Both the position numbers and the translations under genes were made by a program. From Pseudothermotoga sp. (GTDB lineage: Bacteria > Thermotogota > Thermotogae > Thermotogales > DSM-5069), in contig JBEPZZ010000013.1 in assembly GCA_041640575.1 (NCBI GenBank), positions 1 through 35,587 on the forward strand: a stretch of 35,587 nt of DNA, read 5' to 3'. The stretch's first letter is position 1. Every line of letters starts with the position of its first letter. The notes beneath the pieces were generated by a model. It was not told the origin of the DNA. It searched no databases and worked only from the letters and a program-made list of their open reading frames with translations. Shown here one piece after another: positions 28,231 through 35,587 of the stretch.

Positions 28231-28703
28231 TGGAATTGATTCTAATACTTTTTTTACCGGCTATTGTAATATTGCTGGTCAAAGTTGTTACTCGAAGAAA
28301 TCGAATGAGAGACCTGAAACGGAAGTGGAGGAGGGGATTGGAAAATGGTTGGGATTTTGAAAAATTTGTAGCAGACTTGCTCAGAAAATCAGGTTATGAA
28401 GCATTTGCCACGAAAGGATCTCATGATTTCGGCGCAGATGTAATTGTACGAAAGAGGCAAGAAGTGATAGTTCTACAAGCCAAATATTTGTCAACACCGC
28501 CAACATCTTCCGTTCTTGACGAGGCGCTTGCGGCAGCTATCGTTTATGGAGCAAGAGAAATTGGGTTAATAACCAACATGCCAATAACCGATGCAATAAA
28601 GGATTACGCTAGAAAAATTGAGCAAAATACTTTTGTAAAAAGAGTAATTCTTATTGGGAAAAGTGAGCTTGAAAAATTGTTAAACGGTGAGAGATTGATT
28701 TAA
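28230..28703 (+). CDS. Membrane-anchored Mrr-family (PD-(D/E)xK) restriction endonuclease-like protein
   Basis: FEKFVADLLRKSGY...TKGSHDFGADVIV...LQAKY...LITN is the Mrr catalytic-domain signature; N-terminal TM; TGATG coupling (alternative starts 28221, 28227). Confidence 0.85.
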   Translation: MELILILFLPAIVILLVKVVTRRNRMRDLKRKWRRGLENGWDFEKFVADLLRKSGYEAFATKGSHDFGADVIVRKRQEVIVLQAKYLSTPPTSSVLDEALAAAIVYGAREIGLITNMPITDAIKDYARKIEQNTFVKRVILIGKSELEKLLNGERLI

Positions 28704-28715
28704 AGAGGTGATAAA

Positions 28716-29987
28716 ATGAGAAATTTCAGGGATATTCCAATTTGGTCCAACGTAACAGAAGCCGATTGGAATGATTGGAGATGGCAACTTAGAAACAGAA
28801 TTATGGACCTTGACACACTTCAGCAAGTAGTGAACCTCACAGAACAGGAAAGAGAGGGAGTAAAGCACTGTTTGAAATTTCTCAGAATGGCTATAACACC
28901 CTATTATGCTTCGCTCATGGACCCAAACGATTCAAGATGTCCAATAAGAATGCAAGCTATACCCACCATTAAGGAGCTGAACATATCATCTGAAGAAATG
29001 GCAGATCCACTTCATGAAGACATTGACTCACCAGTAAAGGGCTTAACACATCGCTACCCTGATCGAGTTTTGTTACTTGTGACTGATCAGTGTTCTATGT
29101 ATTGTAGACATTGCACTCGAAGAAGATTTGCTGGTGAAACTGATGCGCCACTACCAGACAACCTACTAAAAAAGGCAATCGAGTATATTAAGGACCATAA
29201 GGAAATACGTGATGTTTTGCTCTCTGGAGGAGATCCGCTTACTCTTTCAACGGAGAGGCTTGAAGAGATAATTTCTACCATTAGGGAAATAGAACATGTT
29301 GAGATAATCAGAATAGGTACGAGGACACCTGTTGTACTACCAATGCGAATTGATGAGCAACTGGTCAAAATGTTGCGCAAATATCACCCAATCTGGGTTA
29401 ACACACATTTCAACCACCCGAAAGAGTTCACCGATCAATCAAGAAAGGCTCTAGCAATGTTGGCTGACAGTGGTATACCACTTGGAAATCAGTCAGTTCT
29501 ACTCCGCGGTATAAACGATTGCCCATACTTAATGAAGAAACTCGTTCATGAGCTGGTGAAGAATCGTGTTCGACCATACTACATATATCAATGTGATCTG
29601 TCAAGAGGATTATCCCATTTCAGAACCTCTGTTGCAAAGGGAATAGAGATAATTGAATACCTGCGTGGACATACATCGGGCTTTGCTGTGCCTACATATG
29701 TGATTGATGCACCTGGTGGAGGCGGAAAAATACCAGTCGGTCCTCAATATCTTATTTCATCTGGTGAAAACAAGGTGATATTACGGAATTACGAGGGAGG
29801 AATATTCGTCTACCAAGAACCATCTGATTACAAGAGTGAGTGCGACGAAGAATCTGTTGAGGAAATGAGAAAAGCCTCGATTGGTGTGGCCTCATTGTTA
29901 GCTGGCAAGAATAGATACCTTCTTCCCAAAGACAATGAACGTCTGAGGAGGATTGAAGATTGGCAAAAGAAATCATCTACGTCGTAG
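28716..29987 (+). CDS. kamA: Lysine 2,3-aminomutase (radical SAM, PLP)
   Basis: [34 protein letters not shown] and [10 protein letters not shown] motifs. Confidence 0.95.
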   Translation: MRNFRDIPIWSNVTEADWNDWRWQLRNRIMDLDTLQQVVNLTEQEREGVKHCLKFLRMAITPYYASLMDPNDSRCPIRMQAIPTIKELNISSEEMADPLHEDIDSPVKGLTHRYPDRVLLLVTDQCSMYCRHCTRRRFAGETDAPLPDNLLKKAIEYIKDHKEIRDVLLSGGDPLTLSTERLEEIISTIREIEHVEIIRIGTRTPVVLPMRIDEQLVKMLRKYHPIWVNTHFNHPKEFTDQSRKALAMLADSGIPLGNQSVLLRGINDCPYLMKKLVHELVKNRVRPYYIYQCDLSRGLSHFRTSVAKGIEIIEYLRGHTSGFAVPTYVIDAPGGGGKIPVGPQYLISSGENKVILRNYEGGIFVYQEPSDYKSECDEESVEEMRKASIGVASLLAGKNRYLLPKDNERLRRIEDWQKKSSTS

Positions 29988-30859
29988 GAAACGCGAAAAA
30001 CGTTGGAAAAACAACCGTAGTTCGATACCTTGTAAGGACACTTGGTAATATATGTGTCACAAGTATTGGAATGGATGGCGAGGAAGTGGACTCCTTAACC
30101 AGGCATAAAAAACCATCAATAGAGGTATTCAGTGGCCAGTATGTAATAAGCTGTGATCGTTTTCTAGACGGCGCAAGATTTGAGTTCTTGGAAGCATTTG
30201 ACGATAATCCAATAGCTGGCACCTTGTGGTTTGCTAGAGCACTTGTTGATAATAAAGTCATCCTTGCTGGTGGTAGTTCAAAAAGTTTGCAGTACGTTTA
30301 TGAAAAATCATATGTTGATTTTCTGATTGTAGATGGTGCATTAGATAGACTTGTTCATGCAGGTTTTATGGATAGAGCAAAAGTGATTCTTGTGATTGGC
30401 GCTACTGATTTCTCCCCTTCAGAAACTATCGCTGGTACTGTCGAAAGAATATTGAATATTTTTCAAATCCCTCTTGCTCCAAAGTGGGTGATAGAAAGTT
30501 TCTTGCATAGAAAAACTTTGTGCCTTCTTCAAGATGATGGTTCCGTCAAGGAATTCAACGAAAGCCTTCTTCTAAAAGTGGAATTGGTCAAGCTAAGAGG
30601 ATGGTTGTTTGTACCTGGAATACTTACCGAGGAAGTAGCCAAGCGACACAAGAATATCAATTTCTGCCTTGCGAATCCATTCGCGTTCTTGGGTAATCCT
30701 TCGAGATTTGGTAATATATATACCGTAAAACAACCACTTTTACTTGATGTATATGTCAATTTTTTTGCTCGACCATCTCATATGTACAAAATTGTCAAGC
30801 TCTTAGAAGTTTACGGTTATAAGGCTAGGGATTTGCTTGCACTCGAGAGGGAGGGATGA
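29960..30859 (+). CDS. KamB-like P-loop protein
   Basis: [20 protein letters not shown]...KP and VDGALDR motifs as recalled for the gene that follows kamA in lysine-fermentation loci; SD GAGGAGG. Confidence 0.7.
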   Translation: MAKEIIYVVGNAKNVGKTTVVRYLVRTLGNICVTSIGMDGEEVDSLTRHKKPSIEVFSGQYVISCDRFLDGARFEFLEAFDDNPIAGTLWFARALVDNKVILAGGSSKSLQYVYEKSYVDFLIVDGALDRLVHAGFMDRAKVILVIGATDFSPSETIAGTVERILNIFQIPLAPKWVIESFLHRKTLCLLQDDGSVKEFNESLLLKVELVKLRGWLFVPGILTEEVAKRHKNINFCLANPFAFLGNPSRFGNIYTVKQPLLLDVYVNFFARPSHMYKIVKLLEVYGYKARDLLALEREG

Positions 30860-30862
30860 GGT

Positions 30863-31966
30863 TTGCCAAAGATTTCAATTGACACGTCTCAGCTTTCTGA
30901 AAAAGTCTCTGTGGCATCAAAAATTGTGCCCAGCAAAACTGTCAAACCGATATTATCTTGCGTACTTTTTGAATTCTCTCAGGGAAATGTCTACGTCAAT
31001 GCAACCGATCTGGAATCATGTGTGAGAGCGAGATTAAGATGTGAAAGTGAAGGTGAAGGAAAATTTGCTGTCGACGCAAAGGTGCTCAATGAAATCGTTA
31101 GGACGTTGCCAGCTGGTACAAACACCGAGATACGCTTCACGAACGAAATGACAATCATTGAATGTGGACGAAGCAAATTTACTATCCCGACTGTTGATCC
31201 CTCCGAATTTCCCGATTTTGGGATCTCGGACACTGGAAACGAAATTCAAATCAGCTCTAAAACTATGGAAGCTATGCTGGATCGTGTTTTGTTTTGTGCG
31301 GCTACAGATGAATTCATGAAAAATTTGAACGGAGTCTTTTGGGAAGTAGGAAGGGATTTGCTTAGACTTGTTGCGTCGGATGGTTTTCGGCTCGCAATAA
31401 CCGAGGAAACGGTTTCTTCCGGTGAGGAAGCGAGCTTTCTATTATCGCTTCGAAGTATGCGAGAACTGTTAAGCTTGGCACAAAAATATCAAGAACAAAC
31501 ATTAAGAATTTTTTACGATGGAAGACGCGTTTCGATAATGACGACAGACTTGGATATGATAGTAAGAGTTGTCGAAATCGATTTTCCAGATTACAAAAAG
31601 GTCCTCCCAAAATCCTTCAAAACAAAAGTAGTTGTGAACACTAACCAATTTTTGGAAGCCTTAAAAAGAGCTATAGTTATAGCTAAGCGCGGAAGTGAAT
31701 CTGTTCGAATAGATGTCGCAGAAGGCATACTGAAAGTAAGCAGCAGAAGTCCAGATTACGGTGAAGTGCACGAGGAAATCGATGCAAGAAAGGATGGCGA
31801 AGACATACTTGCGGCCTTTAATCCCAGATTTCTAATAGAAGCACTCAGGCATATAGGTACAGAAGAGGTTGAGCTAAATTTCGTGGATAGTACGAGTCCT
31901 CTTCAGATAAATCCAATAGACGTGTCAGGATATCTTTACATAATTATGCCTATTAGAATAGTTTAG
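30863..31966 (+). CDS. dnaN: DNA polymerase III subunit beta (sliding clamp)
   Basis: PILSCVL, ATDLE, VASDGFRLA, FPDYKKV, AFNPRFL and C-terminal IMPIRI; 367 aa. Confidence 0.97.
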   Translation: MPKISIDTSQLSEKVSVASKIVPSKTVKPILSCVLFEFSQGNVYVNATDLESCVRARLRCESEGEGKFAVDAKVLNEIVRTLPAGTNTEIRFTNEMTIIECGRSKFTIPTVDPSEFPDFGISDTGNEIQISSKTMEAMLDRVLFCAATDEFMKNLNGVFWEVGRDLLRLVASDGFRLAITEETVSSGEEASFLLSLRSMRELLSLAQKYQEQTLRIFYDGRRVSIMTTDLDMIVRVVEIDFPDYKKVLPKSFKTKVVVNTNQFLEALKRAIVIAKRGSESVRIDVAEGILKVSSRSPDYGEVHEEIDARKDGEDILAAFNPRFLIEALRHIGTEEVELNFVDSTSPLQINPIDVSGYLYIIMPIRIV

Positions 31967-31975
31967 GGCGAGAAA

Positions 31976-32821
31976 ATGGACATAACCTGCGAAAATCTTT
32001 GTAAATCGTTCTCAAAAAAGGTTGTTCTAGAATCGATATCTTTTTCGACCAACAGTAAAGTAATCGCCGTAGTAGGAGAAAATGGCGCTGGAAAAACCAC
32101 TTTACTCAAACTTTTAGCAACCATTCTTAGACCAGATACCGGTTTGTTAAAGATAGGTGGAATTGATGCTAACCGATATCCCAACGTCATCAGAAAAATG
32201 CTAGGATTCTGCCCAGAAGTACCAGTTTTAATTGATGAACTCACAGCTGCTGAAAATGTAAGGCTGTTTGCATCCTTAAAGGGAATAAAACTGGACGCCT
32301 TCGATGTACTTAAAGAACATGGAATACCAAATTTGTTAGTTAAAAAACTATCAGGAGGAATGCGTAGACGCTTGAGCGTGGCAATCGCTTTACTGAGCGA
32401 TCCAGAGCTCATAGTAATGGATGAACCAACGAGTGAATTGGATGACGTATCGCGGACGAAACTTTATGATACACTTTCGAACTTGAAGAATCTTGGAAAA
32501 ACCATTATTTTTAGCACTCACAGATATGAAGATCTTCTAATTGCTGAATTTGTTGTTGCTCTACGAAATGGTAGGATTATTTTTCAAGGTCCGATGGATT
32601 TTCTTTCGCGTTCCGACTTCTATGTCGTCACTGCTGAGGAAAGTATTGAGAAGCGAATAGAGGAAGAGTCGAGAGTTCTCCTACGCTTTGATAACAAGAT
32701 CACCGCACTGATTCGAAAGGATGAACTGGAGAAATTGCTTGAAGAGACTATCATATTCAACCTTAGAAAACCAACCTTATACGAACTTTTGAAGGGGCAG
32801 ATTATATCAAGCAAAAATTAG
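31976..32821 (+). CDS. ABC transporter ATP-binding protein (ABC-2/DrrA-like)
   Basis: GENGAGKT, LSGGM, MDEPT, STH and C-terminal PTLYEL motifs. Confidence 0.9.
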   Translation: MDITCENLCKSFSKKVVLESISFSTNSKVIAVVGENGAGKTTLLKLLATILRPDTGLLKIGGIDANRYPNVIRKMLGFCPEVPVLIDELTAAENVRLFASLKGIKLDAFDVLKEHGIPNLLVKKLSGGMRRRLSVAIALLSDPELIVMDEPTSELDDVSRTKLYDTLSNLKNLGKTIIFSTHRYEDLLIAEFVVALRNGRIIFQGPMDFLSRSDFYVVTAEESIEKRIEEESRVLLRFDNKITALIRKDELEKLLEETIIFNLRKPTLYELLKGQIISSKN

Positions 32822-32844
32822 CCGGCGTTTTTAGCGCCGGCTTT
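32820..32844. terminator. Probable intrinsic terminator between convergent genes
   Basis: Perfect 8-bp stem AGCCGGCG (32820-32827) / CGCCGGCT (32835-32842) with a 7-nt loop; short T/A flanks. Confidence 0.75.
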
Positions 32845-32851
32845 ATCAATC

Positions 32852-34177
32852 TCACAATCCAGCGACGTCCAAGGACTTTATCAAAACCGAGGGGAAGATG
32901 GCATTTGGTCCTGTCAGTTCACAGTCTGCTCCTACGTCCAAAATATCTTTAAGGAGTTGCACAAAATTACCCGCAATTGTTATTTGTTCTACCGGTTTTG
33001 AAATTTTTCCACCAGAAACTAAGTATCCTATAGCTCCAACAGAAAATTCTCCGGAAACCGTTCTTACACCAGAGTGCAGTCCATCAAGACCAATTATGAC
33101 CAATCCATCGCTAAGTTCCGTTAGTAAGGATTCAAAATCCTTTTCACCGGGTTGAACAGCAACGGTCAACGGTTGGCATTTTGTTGCGAAAACGTTCCCT
33201 GTTGGTTTTACTCCGTCCTTCTTGGCCGATTTTAACGAATGGAAGTATGTTGTGAGTTTTCCAGACTCCAGAAAGGCTTTCCTTGTTGCTGGCACACCTT
33301 CATTATCGAAAGATCTTCTCAATGGTATCACGGGATTGTTTGGATCTTCAACGACAGTAAGCCTTGGACTAGCTATTTCTTGACTAAGTTTACCTTTTAA
33401 AGGTGAAAGATTTTTCTGAACATTTTCAGCAGAAAAAATAGGAAGGAAAGCAAAAAAGATGTCAGCAAACGCATTTCGCCTTAAAATAATTTTATACTTC
33501 CCGGAAGGAACACTCTCAGCACCAAGCTGAGAAAGGGCATCTTGGCAAGCACTTTCAACGATCTTGTTTATGTCAATCTGACTTGGATTCGAGCCACATG
33601 CAATTTTAAATCCTCGTTTGTGCTTTTGACCATCGGATGCAAACAAATAAACGAAAGCTGTCCCGAAACCATAGCTTTCATTCAGTTCAAGTCCTTTCGT
33701 GTTCATAATTTGAACTTCAGTTCTTTCATGTGCATATGCACTCATGATCACCATTTGGATCCGTTTGTCAAATCCCAGTGATTTTCTTTCCATTTCTTTT
33801 GCAATTTCTATCTTTTCTTTTACACCCATCCTTCCGAATTCATCCGAGTAGTTTAGTGCATTATAATTTTCCATAGGCGCATAATATATATCGTCTTCCT
33901 CCAAGGTATCCGTAACCAAGATATTTTCGTAAGCGCTTTCAACGAGAAACTTAGCGCTTTCTTCATCAATTATTTCCGTTGTCGAAAAAGCAGACTTCCC
34001 ATCCTTCAATCCTTTGAATGAAATTTTCACGGAAGTGGCGTCAGTATAATTTTCAACAGTCTGATTACTTACCACTACTCCGAACTCTTGAGAACGTGTG
34101 AAAAGGATTTCACAATCATCAAAACCTTTCCGCTTCGCGTATGTAAAGACTTTCTCTTTGAATTGATCTATAGTCAT
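32852..34177 (-). CDS. tldE: TldE/PmbA family protein
   Basis: FDNEGVPA, GLHSGV..VSGEFS and ITIAGNF motifs; no HExxxH; paired with tldD. Confidence 0.9.
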   Translation of the reverse strand: MTIDQFKEKVFTYAKRKGFDDCEILFTRSQEFGVVVSNQTVENYTDATSVKISFKGLKDGKSAFSTTEIIDEESAKFLVESAYENILVTDTLEEDDIYYAPMENYNALNYSDEFGRMGVKEKIEIAKEMERKSLGFDKRIQMVIMSAYAHERTEVQIMNTKGLELNESYGFGTAFVYLFASDGQKHKRGFKIACGSNPSQIDINKIVESACQDALSQLGAESVPSGKYKIILRRNAFADIFFAFLPIFSAENVQKNLSPLKGKLSQEIASPRLTVVEDPNNPVIPLRRSFDNEGVPATRKAFLESGKLTTYFHSLKSAKKDGVKPTGNVFATKCQPLTVAVQPGEKDFESLLTELSDGLVIIGLDGLHSGVRTVSGEFSVGAIGYLVSGGKISKPVEQITIAGNFVQLLKDILDVGADCELTGPNAIFPSVLIKSLDVAGL

Positions 34178-35562
34178 TTGTTTCGCCCCCCAACTGTTAG
34201 TTCGCTCACGCGAATTGTCGGTTGACCAACATCAGCGGGAACTGAACCAGAAATTGATCCGCACATACCCTGACCACGCTCAAGATCGTTAGCAACCATA
34301 TCAATCTTGTTTATGACATCTATACCTTTTCCAATTAACGTTGCTCCGCGAACTGGTTTCGTTATTCTTCCTTTTTCAATCAAGTATCCTTCCATCACAG
34401 CAAAGTTAAACTCACCGGTTGCAGGATGTACCGACCCGCCTCCCATCCTCTTAGCATATAGACCGTAATCAGTCGCCGCAATTATCTCCTCTGGTAAATA
34501 CTTGCCAGGAAGTATGAATGTATTGCTCATTCGTGACGTTGGTGCAAATTTATAGTCTTGTCTTCTTCCACAACCATTTGGTTTCAGACCCATTTTTCGC
34601 GCGTGGAATCGGTCAACTAAATAGTTCTTCAAGATTCCGTTTTCAATCAAAACATTCCTTTGAGTTGGTGTCCCTTCGTCATCTATGTTTGCAGATCCCC
34701 AAGCGTTGGGAATGGTTCCATCGTCTACTGCTGAAACACAGTCAGCCGCAACCTTTTGGTTGAGTTTATTTGCGAAAACGGATGCACCTTTTGCAACTGA
34801 GGTGGCTTCCAAAGCATGACCACAAGCCTCATGGAAAATAACACCACCAAATTCGTTGGCTATTACAACTGGCATTCTTCCTGCTGGAGCATACTCCGCT
34901 TGCACCATGCGGTGAGCTATTCTTGCAGCTTCAGCACCTATGTCATACGGGTTTACAAAGTTGAAGAACTCTACCCCCATACCTGCTCCAGGTCCGTTAA
35001 AACCTGATTCCTGTTCTCCGTTTTTAGAAGCGACCGCACTGACCATAAGTCTTGTTCTTACTCTTCGATCATCAACAACTAAACCTTCTGAATTTGCAAT
35101 GAAAACCTTTTGATCATAATCCCAATATCTAACGACAACTTGGGTTATCAAGTTGGAAAAGTTTTTCGCGCCTTCATGTGCCAACTTCATTATCCTTACT
35201 TTTTCCAACTTTGAAACATCATTAGGATAAAAGAATACAAGATGTTTGTTTTCAATGTTATTCTTTAACATGTTTAGTGTCACATTATTTTTGGTTTGAA
35301 CATTGAGTGCATCAATTAATCTGAGAACAATCTTGATAAGATTGTCCTCTGAAAAATCATTGGTGTACGCGTAAACTTGCTGACCATTCCCAAACAGTCT
35401 TAAACCCAGACCAAAAATTCGCTCATTACTTGCTGTTTCCACTTTCCCTTCGATCAAAGTGATCTTTGTCTCGAACTTGTCCTCTCCGAAGATCTCAACG
35501 AATTCTGCTCCTTTTGAAATCCCGCAGTCAATTACTCGTTCCATAACACTTTGTTCTAGCAA
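34174..35562 (-). CDS. tldD: TldD family metalloprotease
   Basis: HEACGHALE, DDEGTP, RMSNTF and GMCGS motifs. TTG 35562 preferred given SD AGGAGG; alternative 35571. Confidence 0.93.
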   Translation of the reverse strand: MLEQSVMERVIDCGISKGAEFVEIFGEDKFETKITLIEGKVETASNERIFGLGLRLFGNGQQVYAYTNDFSEDNLIKIVLRLIDALNVQTKNNVTLNMLKNNIENKHLVFFYPNDVSKLEKVRIMKLAHEGAKNFSNLITQVVVRYWDYDQKVFIANSEGLVVDDRRVRTRLMVSAVASKNGEQESGFNGPGAGMGVEFFNFVNPYDIGAEAARIAHRMVQAEYAPAGRMPVVIANEFGGVIFHEACGHALEATSVAKGASVFANKLNQKVAADCVSAVDDGTIPNAWGSANIDDEGTPTQRNVLIENGILKNYLVDRFHARKMGLKPNGCGRRQDYKFAPTSRMSNTFILPGKYLPEEIIAATDYGLYAKRMGGGSVHPATGEFNFAVMEGYLIEKGRITKPVRGATLIGKGIDVINKIDMVANDLERGQGMCGSISGSVPADVGQPTIRVSELTVGGRNK

Positions 35563-35587
35563 CAAGAACACCTCCTTTTAGTTAATT

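Noticed and set aside
28716..29987. Alternative calls: glutamate 2,3-aminomutase or EpmB
   Set aside because: It keeps both lysine-binding Asp equivalents (YQCDL, VIDAPGG) and is full LAM length, with no efp or epmA adjacent.
1231..35007. Many 60-150 aa antisense or alternate-frame ORFs (e.g. 14702-15103, 17735-18130, 31963-32412)
   Set aside because: They are shadows of well-supported genes, with no recognisable motifs.
32852..35562. tldD/tldE as part of a RiPP cluster
   Set aside because: No precursor peptide, YcaO or RRE gene is visible nearby; consistent with the ordinary housekeeping pair, although upstream context lies outside the window.
1..35587. CRISPR arrays, IS elements, tRNA/rRNA, prophage
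   Set aside because: Coding density leaves no room and I saw no such repeats or motifs.

Overview
A 35.6 kb gene-dense, AT-rich chromosomal segment, most likely from a Thermotogae (Pseudothermotoga/Thermotoga-like) bacterium; this is inferred from protein character and gene order. I found no rRNA, tRNA, CRISPR array, transposase or prophage. From left to right it holds: a DUF1611 gene (minus strand, running off the left edge); a long plus-strand string (ThrRS-like-domain uridine kinase, probable degenerate amidase-like exported protein, GerMN protein, trmI interrupted by an in-frame TAA, CtpA protease, probable degenerate YibQ-like protein, membrane protein, MMPL/RND transporter, GT4 glycolipid-synthase-like enzyme, DUF3307, birA); rqcP/yabO (minus); a type IV pilus/competence cluster (pilC, pilin-like, pilMNOP-like, a 1193-aa secretin) coupled to a MEMO1/AmrB gene; a minus-strand string (LCP, nfi, Fe-ADH, RlmI-type methyltransferase, class I aminotransferase, murJ); a plus-strand string (two membrane-anchored Mrr-fold genes, kamA, kamB-like, dnaN, ABC ATPase); a terminator hairpin; and tldE/tldD (minus). 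The best candidates for something undescribed are (1) a tandem pair of membrane-anchored Mrr-fold proteins, one catalytically intact-looking and one apparently dead, heading the kamA-kamB-dnaN string; (2) an envelope module combining pseudo-enzymes with an MMPL transporter and a glycolipid synthase; and (3) a secretin with about ten N-type repeats and a duplicated N0 domain. All family calls come from motif recognition by eye, with no database search.
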